From positions 10,087 through 74,086 of the forward strand of contig CAWEBR010000005.1 of assembly GCA_963807365.1 (NCBI GenBank): a stretch of DNA of 64,000 nt. Reading direction: 5' to 3'. Made by a program: the position numbers and the translations under genes. The stretch is from Pyrinomonadaceae bacterium (GTDB taxonomy: Bacteria; Acidobacteriota; Blastocatellia; Pyrinomonadales; Pyrinomonadaceae). Positions within the stretch are counted from its first letter, which is position 1. Each line of letters opens with the position of its first letter. Shown piece after piece: positions 56,496 to 64,000 of the stretch. The notes under the pieces are model-generated. The model was not told the DNA's origin, ran no database searches, and saw only the letters and a program-made list of their open reading frames with translations.

Positions 56496-58220
56496 ATGCC
56501 CGCAATGAGACGAAGCCGTTGGTTGCTGGCAATTGTCCTTGCGTTCTTGGCCGCCGCCGCAGCCTGGCTGTGGTGGGTCAAGCCACGACATGTGGACATG
56601 GCCGCTCATGCTCCCGCCAATTCGTTGCTCTATTTGGAAGCAAATAGTCCTGCCAAGATAGCCCAGGCTTTGCAGAGTACCGACGCCTGGACCTTGGTGG
56701 ATAGCCTCAGTGGCGGACGGAGTTCAGACCTGCAAAGCGGCTGGCTTCAACAGTTTGTGGGGTTGACGGGTATTGGCCCCGTTGAATCGGTGATCCTGGC
56801 GAGGGCTCAGGTAGCCGTTGTGGTTACCGACCTCGGCGCCACCGAAGATGCAGAAACGCTTCGGATACGACCGGAGGGCGTCCTCATCATTGACACCAAG
56901 ACAAGTGAAAGCCGAATCAGGCCTGCCGTTAGCAGGGCTGTCAACAAACTAGCCGAGCTTACTTATGGCAAACCCGTCGTTCGGACCTCAAATGTGGACG
57001 GCCACGAGTTTAACGAATGGGTGTCTCCAGACGGAGCACGCCAAATTGTGGCAGTTGTAACGGGCAGTTTGGCGATTATTGGAAACAGCCGGCAGTCGGT
57101 ACAAAGCTGTCTCGCCGCAACCGGAGGTCGCGCTCCGAGCTTGAAAGATGATTCGGAATTGAATCGGATGCGCTTCGAGCTTCGAAGTGAAGACGCTCTG
57201 ACTTTCGGTTATGTCCCGCCCGGCAATAGCCCGAAACTCTTGTCTATTGGCGTACCGTTACTCATGGGTCGAGCGCCGGCCAATTCCGAATTCCAACGGT
57301 TAATCACGAGCGGCGCAGCAAAAGTGTTTGGCAGCTTGGGATGGACAACTCGTCCTTTCAAAGCGGGTATCGAAGATCGTTTCTTGATTTCGCTGAAGCC
57401 GCAGGTGCTTGAGCGCCTCAGACCAGCGTTCGCGCCCTCGAGGAGCGGCGCCGAAATGCAACAGCTGATTCCGCGCGACGCTCCATCAATTACGTTTTAC
57501 AGATTCGAGAATTCGGTGAGTGTGTGGCAGGCCCTCAGAAGTTCAATTTCCTCCCAGATTGATGCTCTGTCGGCGGTCGTCTTCACATCACTGCTTAACT
57601 CATCTTTGGGTTCCTACGGGATCGATGCGCCCGAACAGTTCCTGTCCACCGTCAGCGGTGAAATCATTACCTTTCGCCTCGACCAGACTGCGGAACGATC
57701 GTTACTAATTGCGCGCGTTAGCGACAAAGAAAAGCTGCGCGAACTTTTGGCCGGGAAGATGCAAAAACCTGGAGGAGGCCAGGCCAATCAGCCCGAGATA
57801 CTGGAGGACAACGAAGGAGAGTCGGCGGCCGGTTTCGTAGGCGAGTATGTCGTGATGGGTTCGCCCGTCGACGTGAAAAAGTATGCGCAGCTAATGGTCA
57901 GCGGAGGGGTGCGTTCTGATCCCGACAGATTTAATCAGCAAAGCTCTTACGCGCCGCTCACAAATTCGGCAAACATTGTTACCTATGCCGACGATAGCGA
58001 GCGAGTAAGGAACTTCTTTTTGTCAGCTCTCGCGGCACAAGGAGCGGCTCCAGTCCAACGAAACCGCATGGACCAGTTGCTGGTTCAACTCCCCTACGCT
58101 GCTACTGAAACAAGCCTGGGCAAACTTGGCATAGAACGCGTCACAGTGTCTCCGCTAGGGCAATTCAGCACTCTTCTGCCGCTGTTGATTCCGTCCGATC
58201 GTACTCAGCCAGGACCTTAA
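56496..58220 (+). CDS. hypothetical secreted/anchored protein (DUF3352-like)
   Basis: 574 aa. N-terminal anchor RRSRWLLAIVLAFLAAAAAWLWW. No catalytic motif recognised. The family call is from memory of similar N-termini and overall composition. Confidence 0.55.
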   Translation: MPAMRRSRWLLAIVLAFLAAAAAWLWWVKPRHVDMAAHAPANSLLYLEANSPAKIAQALQSTDAWTLVDSLSGGRSSDLQSGWLQQFVGLTGIGPVESVILARAQVAVVVTDLGATEDAETLRIRPEGVLIIDTKTSESRIRPAVSRAVNKLAELTYGKPVVRTSNVDGHEFNEWVSPDGARQIVAVVTGSLAIIGNSRQSVQSCLAATGGRAPSLKDDSELNRMRFELRSEDALTFGYVPPGNSPKLLSIGVPLLMGRAPANSEFQRLITSGAAKVFGSLGWTTRPFKAGIEDRFLISLKPQVLERLRPAFAPSRSGAEMQQLIPRDAPSITFYRFENSVSVWQALRSSISSQIDALSAVVFTSLLNSSLGSYGIDAPEQFLSTVSGEIITFRLDQTAERSLLIARVSDKEKLRELLAGKMQKPGGGQANQPEILEDNEGESAAGFVGEYVVMGSPVDVKKYAQLMVSGGVRSDPDRFNQQSSYAPLTNSANIVTYADDSERVRNFFLSALAAQGAAPVQRNRMDQLLVQLPYAATETSLGKLGIERVTVSPLGQFSTLLPLLIPSDRTQPGP

Positions 58221-58224
58221 AACC

Positions 58225-58875
58225 TTGACGGAAAATCCTTTGCAACTACTTCCTTTGCAACTACTTATTGCCACTTCAAATTCAGGGAAAATACGCGAGA
58301 TCGAAGAAGCTCTGCTTGGCTTACCTATAACTCCGCGCTACCTCGCTGAGTTTCCCGATTTGTCATCAGTTGAGGAGGTCGGAGAAACCTACGAAGAAAA
58401 CGCGGTCTTGAAAGCCCTGGGCTATTCCTCGGCAACTGGCCTTTATGCACTGGCAGATGATTCCGGTCTCGAAGTTGATGCCCTCAAGGGAAAGCCTGGC
58501 GTGCGGTCCGCTCGCTTTGGCGGCGAGCATGCTTCAGACGCGGATCGAACAGCAAAGCTCCTGCGGGAGATATCCGGTTACCCTGATCGCGAGCGCAGTG
58601 CTCGCTTTGTCTGCTGCATGGCAATCGCCGGTAATTCGCCTGCTGATTCGACCGCAACTCGGGTTTTGCACGTTTCAGAGGGAATCTGTGAAGGTTTGAT
58701 CGCGCAAGAACCGTTGGGCACTAATGGCTTTGGTTATGACCCGGTTTTTATCCCCGCCCATTATCAGAAAACGTTTGGGGAGTTAACGCCGGAAGTCAAA
58801 GCAACATTGAGTCATCGCGCCAAAGCGCTGGCGGCCATGCGGCAGTTTCTTGCTCAGTTTTGGCAGTCAACTTGA
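58225..58875 (+). CDS. rdgB: non-canonical purine NTP pyrophosphatase (Ham1/RdgB)
   Basis: LLIATSNSGKIREIEE, DDSGLEVDALKGKPGVRSARF, GFGYDPVF, LSHRAKA. TTG starts possible at 58225, 58240 or 58255. Confidence 0.9.
   Translation: MTENPLQLLPLQLLIATSNSGKIREIEEALLGLPITPRYLAEFPDLSSVEEVGETYEENAVLKALGYSSATGLYALADDSGLEVDALKGKPGVRSARFGGEHASDADRTAKLLREISGYPDRERSARFVCCMAIAGNSPADSTATRVLHVSEGICEGLIAQEPLGTNGFGYDPVFIPAHYQKTFGELTPEVKATLSHRAKALAAMRQFLAQFWQST
58237..58266 (+). repeat. in-frame 15-bp tandem duplication at the rdgB 5' end
   Basis: CCTTTGCAACTACTT occurs twice in tandem (58237-58251, 58252-58266), giving PLQLLPLQLL. Each copy carries a potential TTG start. Confidence 0.9.
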
Positions 58876-58932
58876 CCCTCTTCCCACCCGCCCCTAGAAT
58901 GCTTTCAGTTCTGCTTCCTTCTTGCAGCACAG

Positions 58933-59012
<80 letters not shown>

Positions 59013-59026
59013 ATCATATCAACAAC

Positions 59027-59243
59027 TTACGGCTGCCAGCACTGGCAGCCGTATCTCTTGTGTGGGAGATTTGTGACCGAAAGAACCCATTTTTCTCTGA
59101 GCTGAACGGCACGAATGTAGCGCATCGTTGTCTTCAGATCCTTGTGGCCCATCAGCATCATTATTGGTAAAAGCCTCGTATACAGCTTGTGCTAGACGCG
59201 TACGGAAAGTGTGCGAGTGTTGCCAAACCTCGGCTGCACTCAC
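59027..59243 (-). pseudogene. tyrosine recombinase (phage-type integrase) C-terminal remnant, frameshifted
   Basis: Minus strand reads ...HSHTFRTRLAQA (box II-like) in one frame, then LLPIMMLMGHKDLKTTMRYIRAVQLREKW (LxGH...T..Y catalytic Tyr block) in another. No N-terminal or core domain upstream. Confidence 0.65.
59028..59053 (+). terminator. hairpin immediately after tRNA-Pro
   Basis: TACGGCTGCC-AGCACT-GGCAGCCGTA followed by TCTCTTGTGT. Confidence 0.5.
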
Positions 59244-59319
59244 CTCTGAGGGGGCAATCGCAGCTTATCGCAATCGCTCCGACAAGGAGACACGCGACAA
59301 ACACTTTGTGAGCACGCAA

Positions 59320-59816
59320 CAAGACAACTGGGGTGGCCCCCGCCCCGTGTATTCCGACAACTGGGAGATCAGCGGATGTCCTGTTAACGGTTCGTATAGC
59401 CGCCGACGGTCGGCGTGTGGCAGTCGCTTGGTATACCGGAGGCCAATGACACACCGCGAGTCAAAGCGGCGTTTTCAAACGAACCGGGGGCGTCATTCGG
59501 CAAAGCTATTGAAGTAGACGACGGTGAAACACTGGGCCGTGTTGACGCCTTATTACTTCCCGATGGTTCGGCACTTGTTTGCTGGTTGTCGGGAGATGCC
59601 GAGGGTGGGGCGATAAAGGTAAGGCGTTTCACCGCAGAAGGCACGCTCGGGCCGGCCGCCGTTATCGCTAAGACAGATATCTCGCGATCAAGTGGTTTCC
59701 CGCGGATGGCATGTCTCGGTGACGAGGTGCACTTTGCATGGACCGAATTCGGCAAGCCTTCGTACGCGGACTGCCACCGCGAACATCAGCGCTTACAAAT
59801 GAATCAACTGAATTAG
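59320..59816 (+). pseudogene. C-terminal fragment of a larger secreted protein (possibly BNR/sialidase-superfamily), frameshifted, no start
   Basis: ...DNWEISGCPVNG (one frame) continues as ...VAVAWYTGGQ.DTPRVKAAFSNEPGASFGKAIEVDDGETLGRVDALLLPDGSALVCWLSGDAEGGAIKVRRF...GFPRMACLGDEVHFAWTE (ORF 59415-59816). The family call is tentative. Confidence 0.4.
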
Positions 59817-59912
59817 AAGTTAGAAGGAATTGAATGGAAGATTTTCATTGCGCCGACCAATGATGAACGCGCGATTTCCGATTCCGGTAAATTAGGATAA
59901 GGTTATTCAGAA

Positions 59913-60710
59913 ATGCTTACAATCTTATTCATCCTGCTCGTGGCGTGCCCTGCGACGCACAAATCGTCGGAGAACTCTATGCCGTTTATGCTTTCAAAAA
60001 GGCCGCGATTGTTGCGTTTGCCGCACCCCTATGCCGTGTGGCTCGCGTCCGCCGGTTTCTTTTTTTTTCTGCTTAGCGCCACGTCGTATGCCCACGGCGT
60101 TGCCGAGGGTGACAAGGGCTACATCCAGGAGATCTCTGGAGTAAATATCATGCCCTTCGTCTATCTCGGCGCCAAGCACATGTTCACGGGGTACGACCAC
60201 ATTCTCTTCCTGTTAGGTGTAATCTTCTTCCTGTACAAGCTAAAGGACATTGGCGTGTACGTCAGCCTCTTCGCCATCGGTCATTCTTCGACGATGCTCC
60301 TGGGCGTCTACTTTGGCACGAATATCAGCAGCTACTTGATCGACGCCATCATCGGTTTATCGGTTGTCTATAAAGCGCTCGACAACATCGGCGCCTACCA
60401 ACGTTGGTTCGGGGTGCAGCCGAATACCAAAGTAATGACTCTAGTTTTCGGCCTCTTCCACGGCTTTGGCCTGGCAACGAAAATTCAGGAGTATGAACTT
60501 TCCCGGGACGGCTTGATACCCAACATGCTTGCATTCAACGTGGGCGTTGAAATCGGTCAATTGTTGGCGCTCGCCACCATCTTGATTGTGATGAGTTACT
60601 GGCGCCGGACCGGAAGCTTTCTGCGTCATGCCTATACTGCAAATGTAATCATGATGATGGCGGGCTTTATGCTTATTGGTTATCAACTGACAGGTTATTT
60701 TGTCTCTTAA
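59913..60710 (+). CDS. HupE/UreJ-family membrane protein (Ni/Co-type transporter family)
   Basis: Signal-like segment ending SYAHGV (mature N-terminal His), then 6 TM with HILFLLGVIFF, GHSSTMLLG, FGLFHGFGLA. Probable start ATG 59979. Confidence 0.75.
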   Translation: MLTILFILLVACPATHKSSENSMPFMLSKRPRLLRLPHPYAVWLASAGFFFFLLSATSYAHGVAEGDKGYIQEISGVNIMPFVYLGAKHMFTGYDHILFLLGVIFFLYKLKDIGVYVSLFAIGHSSTMLLGVYFGTNISSYLIDAIIGLSVVYKALDNIGAYQRWFGVQPNTKVMTLVFGLFHGFGLATKIQEYELSRDGLIPNMLAFNVGVEIGQLLALATILIVMSYWRRTGSFLRHAYTANVIMMMAGFMLIGYQLTGYFVS

Positions 60711-60740
60711 AATACAAGGAAAAGTTCAAGGAGAGATTTC

Positions 60741-61355
60741 ATGTACAACAGCGACCTACCGACCCGCGCCGAATTGCCAAGCAGCAAGCAGCTGCTTCGT
60801 TCCACTATCATCGCCATCCTTGTTGCTACGGTTCTCCTCGTTACAGTGGTCTTGCCGAGCGAGTACGGTATTGACCCAACCCGGATAGGTCGCGTTCTCG
60901 GGCTGACAGAAATGGGTGAGATAAAAAAGACCTTGGCTGCCGTGGCCGAAAAGGACCGAGCAGCTCAGGCTTCCCCACCTCTTGTTGAGCCGGCATCTAC
61001 CGCGCCTGTCCGACCTTCTGAGAAGCCTGTGGGCAGCCCAAAAAAGGATGAGGTGACCGTTACCCTGAAGCCGGGCGAAGGTGCCGAAGTTAAGCTGCAA
61101 ATGGCGAAGGGGGCAAAGGCCAGTTATGAATGGGCCAGCACCGGCGGCCCCGTTAACCACGATACTCACGGCGACAACTCAAGCGGGGCCAAGCATAGCT
61201 TTAGCAGGGGCAGAGAGGTTGAGCGCGACGCTGGTGAGTTGGTCGCACCCTTTGACGGTAATCACGGGTGGTATTGGCGAAATCGTACCGCTGGCGACGT
61301 TACCGTCACGCTGAAGGTCTTAGGCGAGTACCAGAGCGTTAAGCGGGTGCCATAA
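60741..61355 (+). CDS. hypothetical membrane-anchored protein with C-terminal beta-rich domain
   Basis: 204 aa. One TM (STIIAILVATVLLVTVVL), a Pro-rich linker, then C-terminal KPGEGAEVKLQMAKGAKASYEWAS...HDTHGD...WYWRNRTAGDVTVTLKVLG. 30 nt after the hupE-like gene. Confidence 0.6.
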   Translation: MYNSDLPTRAELPSSKQLLRSTIIAILVATVLLVTVVLPSEYGIDPTRIGRVLGLTEMGEIKKTLAAVAEKDRAAQASPPLVEPASTAPVRPSEKPVGSPKKDEVTVTLKPGEGAEVKLQMAKGAKASYEWASTGGPVNHDTHGDNSSGAKHSFSRGREVERDAGELVAPFDGNHGWYWRNRTAGDVTVTLKVLGEYQSVKRVP

Positions 61356-61413
61356 GAAAGCCCACTGAAAAACGCAGGCGGGAATTTGAACATCTGCCGT
61401 ATCGATTAGTTGA

Positions 61414-61545
61414 TTGCACACTTTACAATTTCCGCTCTCCCTTAGGTTTGGCAGGGCTGTGGTGATTCTTGGCGGCATCGTCACCTCGACCGCTCTCAAG
61501 ATGATCGTGATTCCAAAGCTGTTTTTGAAAGTATGGCCGCGCTGA
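61414..61545 (+). pseudogene. extreme C-terminal remnant of an RND (CzcA/CusA-type) efflux pump
   Basis: Open frame reads ...FPLSLRFGRAVVILGGIVTSTALKMIVIPKLFLKVWPR*, resembling the last TM helix of heavy-metal RND transporters. Nothing upstream. Confidence 0.45.
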
Positions 61546-61651
61546 AGCTCTTACCTCGGAGCGCGTTTGCCGCGGGATCACGGGCTTGTGTCAACAGGAG
61601 AGTAGAGAATTTCACCAAGTCAATTCATTGCCTTTTCTATCCCTAAAGAAA

Positions 61652-61677
61652 CGAGCCCTCGTGGGCTCGCTCTTTTG
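61652..61677. terminator. bidirectional rho-independent terminator
   Basis: CGAGCCC-TCGT-GGGCTCG with CTCTTTTG downstream (plus strand) and TTTCTTT downstream on the minus strand. Confidence 0.6.
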
Positions 61678-61865
61678 TCAACTAGTTTGGGCCAATCCTT
61701 ACCAGCGTCTGTCGAAACGACGTTGGTTATTCCGCCGATCATGAAACTTGCGGTGGTCTTGTCTAGCCTCCCGATGAAACGCACGATGCCGCCTATTAGC
61801 GGTGAGGCTCTAGGTGACGTGCAACTCGGATTTGAGCACACCGTTCCCAATTTTAGAGAGGGGTG

Positions 61866-61880
61866 TCGCCCCGACCAATC
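61866..61880 (+). repeat. attR-like copy of the 15-bp direct repeat
   Basis: TCGCCCCGACCAATC is identical to the tRNA-Pro 3' end (59001-59015). Flanking bases differ on both sides. Confidence 0.8.
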
Positions 61881-62031
61881 TCCTCACAACCATGAATATC
61901 TGAGATAGCCTGAAGATTCTGCTTGCCCGGCTTGGGAAATCTGCGACCAGGAAAAGGCGCAAACGTGTAACGCACTGTAGCGCATGGGATGGAACGTAAA
62001 GCGTCACACTAAGACGCCACCTGTCGCCAAC

Positions 62032-62600
62032 TCAATCCCTGCCGACTCCCAATGCATCTGCAACGCGATTGATGTAGTTGAACCATGATGCAATCAGCGT
62101 GATTTGCAGTATGCCCTGATCGTCAAAGCCAACTGTGCGCAGACGTTCGTGGTAACTGCGGGTTGATGCGGGTCGCATCACGCGTGAGTTGGGAGACATA
62201 GTCCAGCATCGCCCGATCCTGTTCAGTAATGGGCGCCGTCCGATAGTCATCCTGGCAGAGCCTTCACGAAGTCTTCATCTATTGTCACTCGACGCAGAAA
62301 CTCTGCGTGCGAGTCGATTCAATAGTGACAGCGATTGGCGACCGACACGACGGTTGTAATCATTTCATGCTGGCGTCGCGTTAGGGGTAAATCAGGCGAC
62401 ATCAGCGCGCCAAACGTGGCAAAGGCATGATGGAGCGCGTCGGGAATCAAGCTGTGGGAGGCGACTATACTGGACGACTGTCCATCAGGGGTTGGATGGA
62501 TGGGCGTCGCGTATTCGATTGGGTAAAGCTCGCGTTGCGCATCCATCGCGCGCCGCACCCTTTCATCGGTCTCTGGAGAAATAGTTTTAATCCAGGTCAT
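62032..62600 (-). pseudogene. AhpD/carboxymuconolactone-decarboxylase-family peroxidase-related protein; in-frame TGA at CxxC (possible Sec) plus two frame breaks
   Basis: MTWIKTISPETDERVRRAMD...TRRQHEMITTVVSVANRCHY-TGA-IDSHAEFLRRV... follows the AhpD core pattern N-x-C-x-x-C-x-x-x-H with TGA (62319-62321) in place of the second Cys. Later segments [31 protein letters not shown] and [38 protein letters not shown] lie in the +1 and +2 frames. Confidence 0.7.
62287..62314 (-). promoter_or_regulatory. SECIS-like stem-loop 4 nt downstream of the in-frame UGA
   Basis: mRNA reads UGA-AUCG-ACUCG-C-ACGCAG-AGUUU-CUGCGU-CGAGU. That is 11 bp with one bulged C. The upper 6-bp stem starts 11 nt after the UGA and the apical loop contains GU. 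Confidence 0.45.
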
Positions 62601-62644
62601 ACAAGTTTTCCTGCCTCCTTGTGCTCCAACTTTAACGCGAGCTC

Positions 62645-64000
62645 TCAGCGCGGTCTTGAGCCAACGCCAGTTTGAACCGCTTGAGCTCGCCCGGTGTCTG
62701 TAATTATCAGGCGCTCGGATTTTTGCCCCGCGGTAATTATGAAGAACTCAAACTTTCGCGGCCCCGGATTGTAATTCCCCTGTGGCGCGCTTAAGGAGAT
62801 GGAGTAACCCCGACCGACTCGCCTGGAATTGATACTGGTTCGGCGAAAGCCCTGTCGCTTGTATGCCGGACTCAACCCATCGTCTTCATACAAAGTTGCT
62901 GCGGCCGCACCATTGTCGTTGGGATAAATATTGAAAGTGATTAGGTCCACGGGTTTTTCACCCACGTATTTCATCTCCGGCCACGTGGGAATGATAGCGC
63001 CAGCACGCACGAACAGCGGCACCGTTTCCAGCGGCGCCTCCACCGAAATCATCTTTCCCACCGTCGTACTTTTTGTTTGTCCAGTAGTCGTACCAAAGGC
63101 CTTTTGGCAGATAGACCAAACGCCGCGTGACATCCGGCTTGAGGATGGGCGCTACCAGCAGATCGCTTCCGATCATGAACTGATCATCGAGATTGTATGT
63201 ATTTGGATCGTCCTGATAGTTCAGCACGAGTGGGCGAAACAGAGGCACGCCGGTGCGATGCGCCTCTTCCAGGGCGGTATATAGAAACGGCAGCAGTTGG
63301 TAGCGCAACTTTAAATATTTGCGAATGATATCTTCGTAGTGCTGACCAAATCGCCACGGTTCGCCGTCGTAGCCATCAATCACTTTGTGATTACGGCAAA
63401 AAGGCGCGAGAAAACTAATCTGATATGCGCGCACGAGCAGTTCGCCATTACCGCGACCGATGAAGCCACCCACGTCGCTCCCCACAAAAGGCTGCCCGGA
63501 TAACCCCAGCGTCGCGAACATCGGGATGTTTAGCTGGAGAGCTTCCCAGGTACTGTTGGTGTCGCCCGTCCACATCGTGGAATATCTTTGAATGCCGGCA
63601 TAGGCAGCGCGGGTGATTACGTAAGGCCGCTGATTCGGTCGCAGCCGTTCGAGTCCCTCGTAGGTTGCTCGAGCCATCAAAAGCGCAAACACGTTGCGGT
63701 TCTTTGCATGTGTAGACTTCTCTCCTTCATCGTAGCTGACAACATCGATCTGGTTCTTGCCGGATTGATCGACAAAATCAGACGGCTCATTCATGTCAGT
63801 CCAAATTCCGGCGACGCCATTGTCCGTATACGCGCGGTGCAAACCACCCCACCACTCGCGCGCGGCGGGCAAAGTGTAATCTACAAAGACGCTTTCTCCA
63901 GGCCAGACTCGGGGCACAAACAGATCGCCGTTCGTGCGATATTGGAAGTATTTCTTTTGCACGCCCTGGTCGAACACGTAATAGCGCTGATCCTGAGGCT
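62645..64000 (-). pseudogene. GH31 alpha-glucosidase-family glycoside hydrolase (N-terminus outside window), one frame break near 63052
   Basis: GIWTDMNEPSDF (catalytic nucleophile region), RAAYAGIQRYSTMWTGD, GSDVGGF. The C-terminal part (GKMISVEAPLETVPLFVRAGAIIPTWPEMKYVGEKP...) lies in the adjacent frame. Confidence 0.85.

Noticed and set aside
61620-62007. Minus-strand ORFs of 76 aa and 65 aa (61620-1850, 61810-62007) and a plus-strand 77-aa ORF (61675-61908).
   Set aside because: They run across a strong bidirectional terminator and/or the attR-like repeat, have no recognisable family and overlap one another. Probably non-coding island debris.

Overview
64-kb chromosomal segment, moderately high G+C by eye. 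The gene content looks Acidobacteriota-like, but that is inference from protein families only. Contents in order:
- IS110-type transposase remnant at the window edge.
- Pyruvate dehydrogenase operon pdhA-pdhB-pdhC.
- EamA transporter.
- One 8.7-kb gene for a 2909-aa multidomain surface protein.
- M14 carboxypeptidase, then a few small or hypothetical genes (Gly-zipper protein, ferredoxin, HEAT/lipoyl-like protein).
- A roughly 16-kb co-directional minus-strand respiratory supercluster. It holds Rieske protein, cytochrome b, cytochrome b C-terminal module, a 1212-aa octahaem cytochrome c, a cupredoxin lipoprotein, ctaA, ctaB, aa3-type oxidase subunits II-I-III-III-IV, four small ORFs and DUF420.
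- Lipid kinase, plsC, metH.
- coaD and an aminotransferase.
- ECF sigma factor with a zinc-ribbon/TonB-C anti-sigma factor.
- A block of frame-broken housekeeping genes: M16 peptidase-like, ubiE, two ABC permeases, mtgA.
- Roadblock/LC7 gene plus pilQ-pilP-pilO-pilN-pilM.
- DUF3352-like protein and rdgB.
- tRNA-Pro(UGG), followed by a decayed ~2.9-kb islet bounded by a 15-bp direct repeat of the tRNA 3' end.
- An AhpD/CMD-family gene with an in-frame TGA exactly at the second Cys of its CxxC motif and a SECIS-like hairpin downstream.
- A partial GH31 glycosidase.

Two cross-cutting observations:
1. Many genes carry single-nucleotide indels, very unevenly distributed. They are dense in 45-50 kb and absent from the three longest ORFs.
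2. Several families of intergenic hairpin (REP-like) repeats occur. One double-palindrome element is present three times, each time inside an energy-metabolism operon.

No rRNA, CRISPR array or recognisable defence system was seen.
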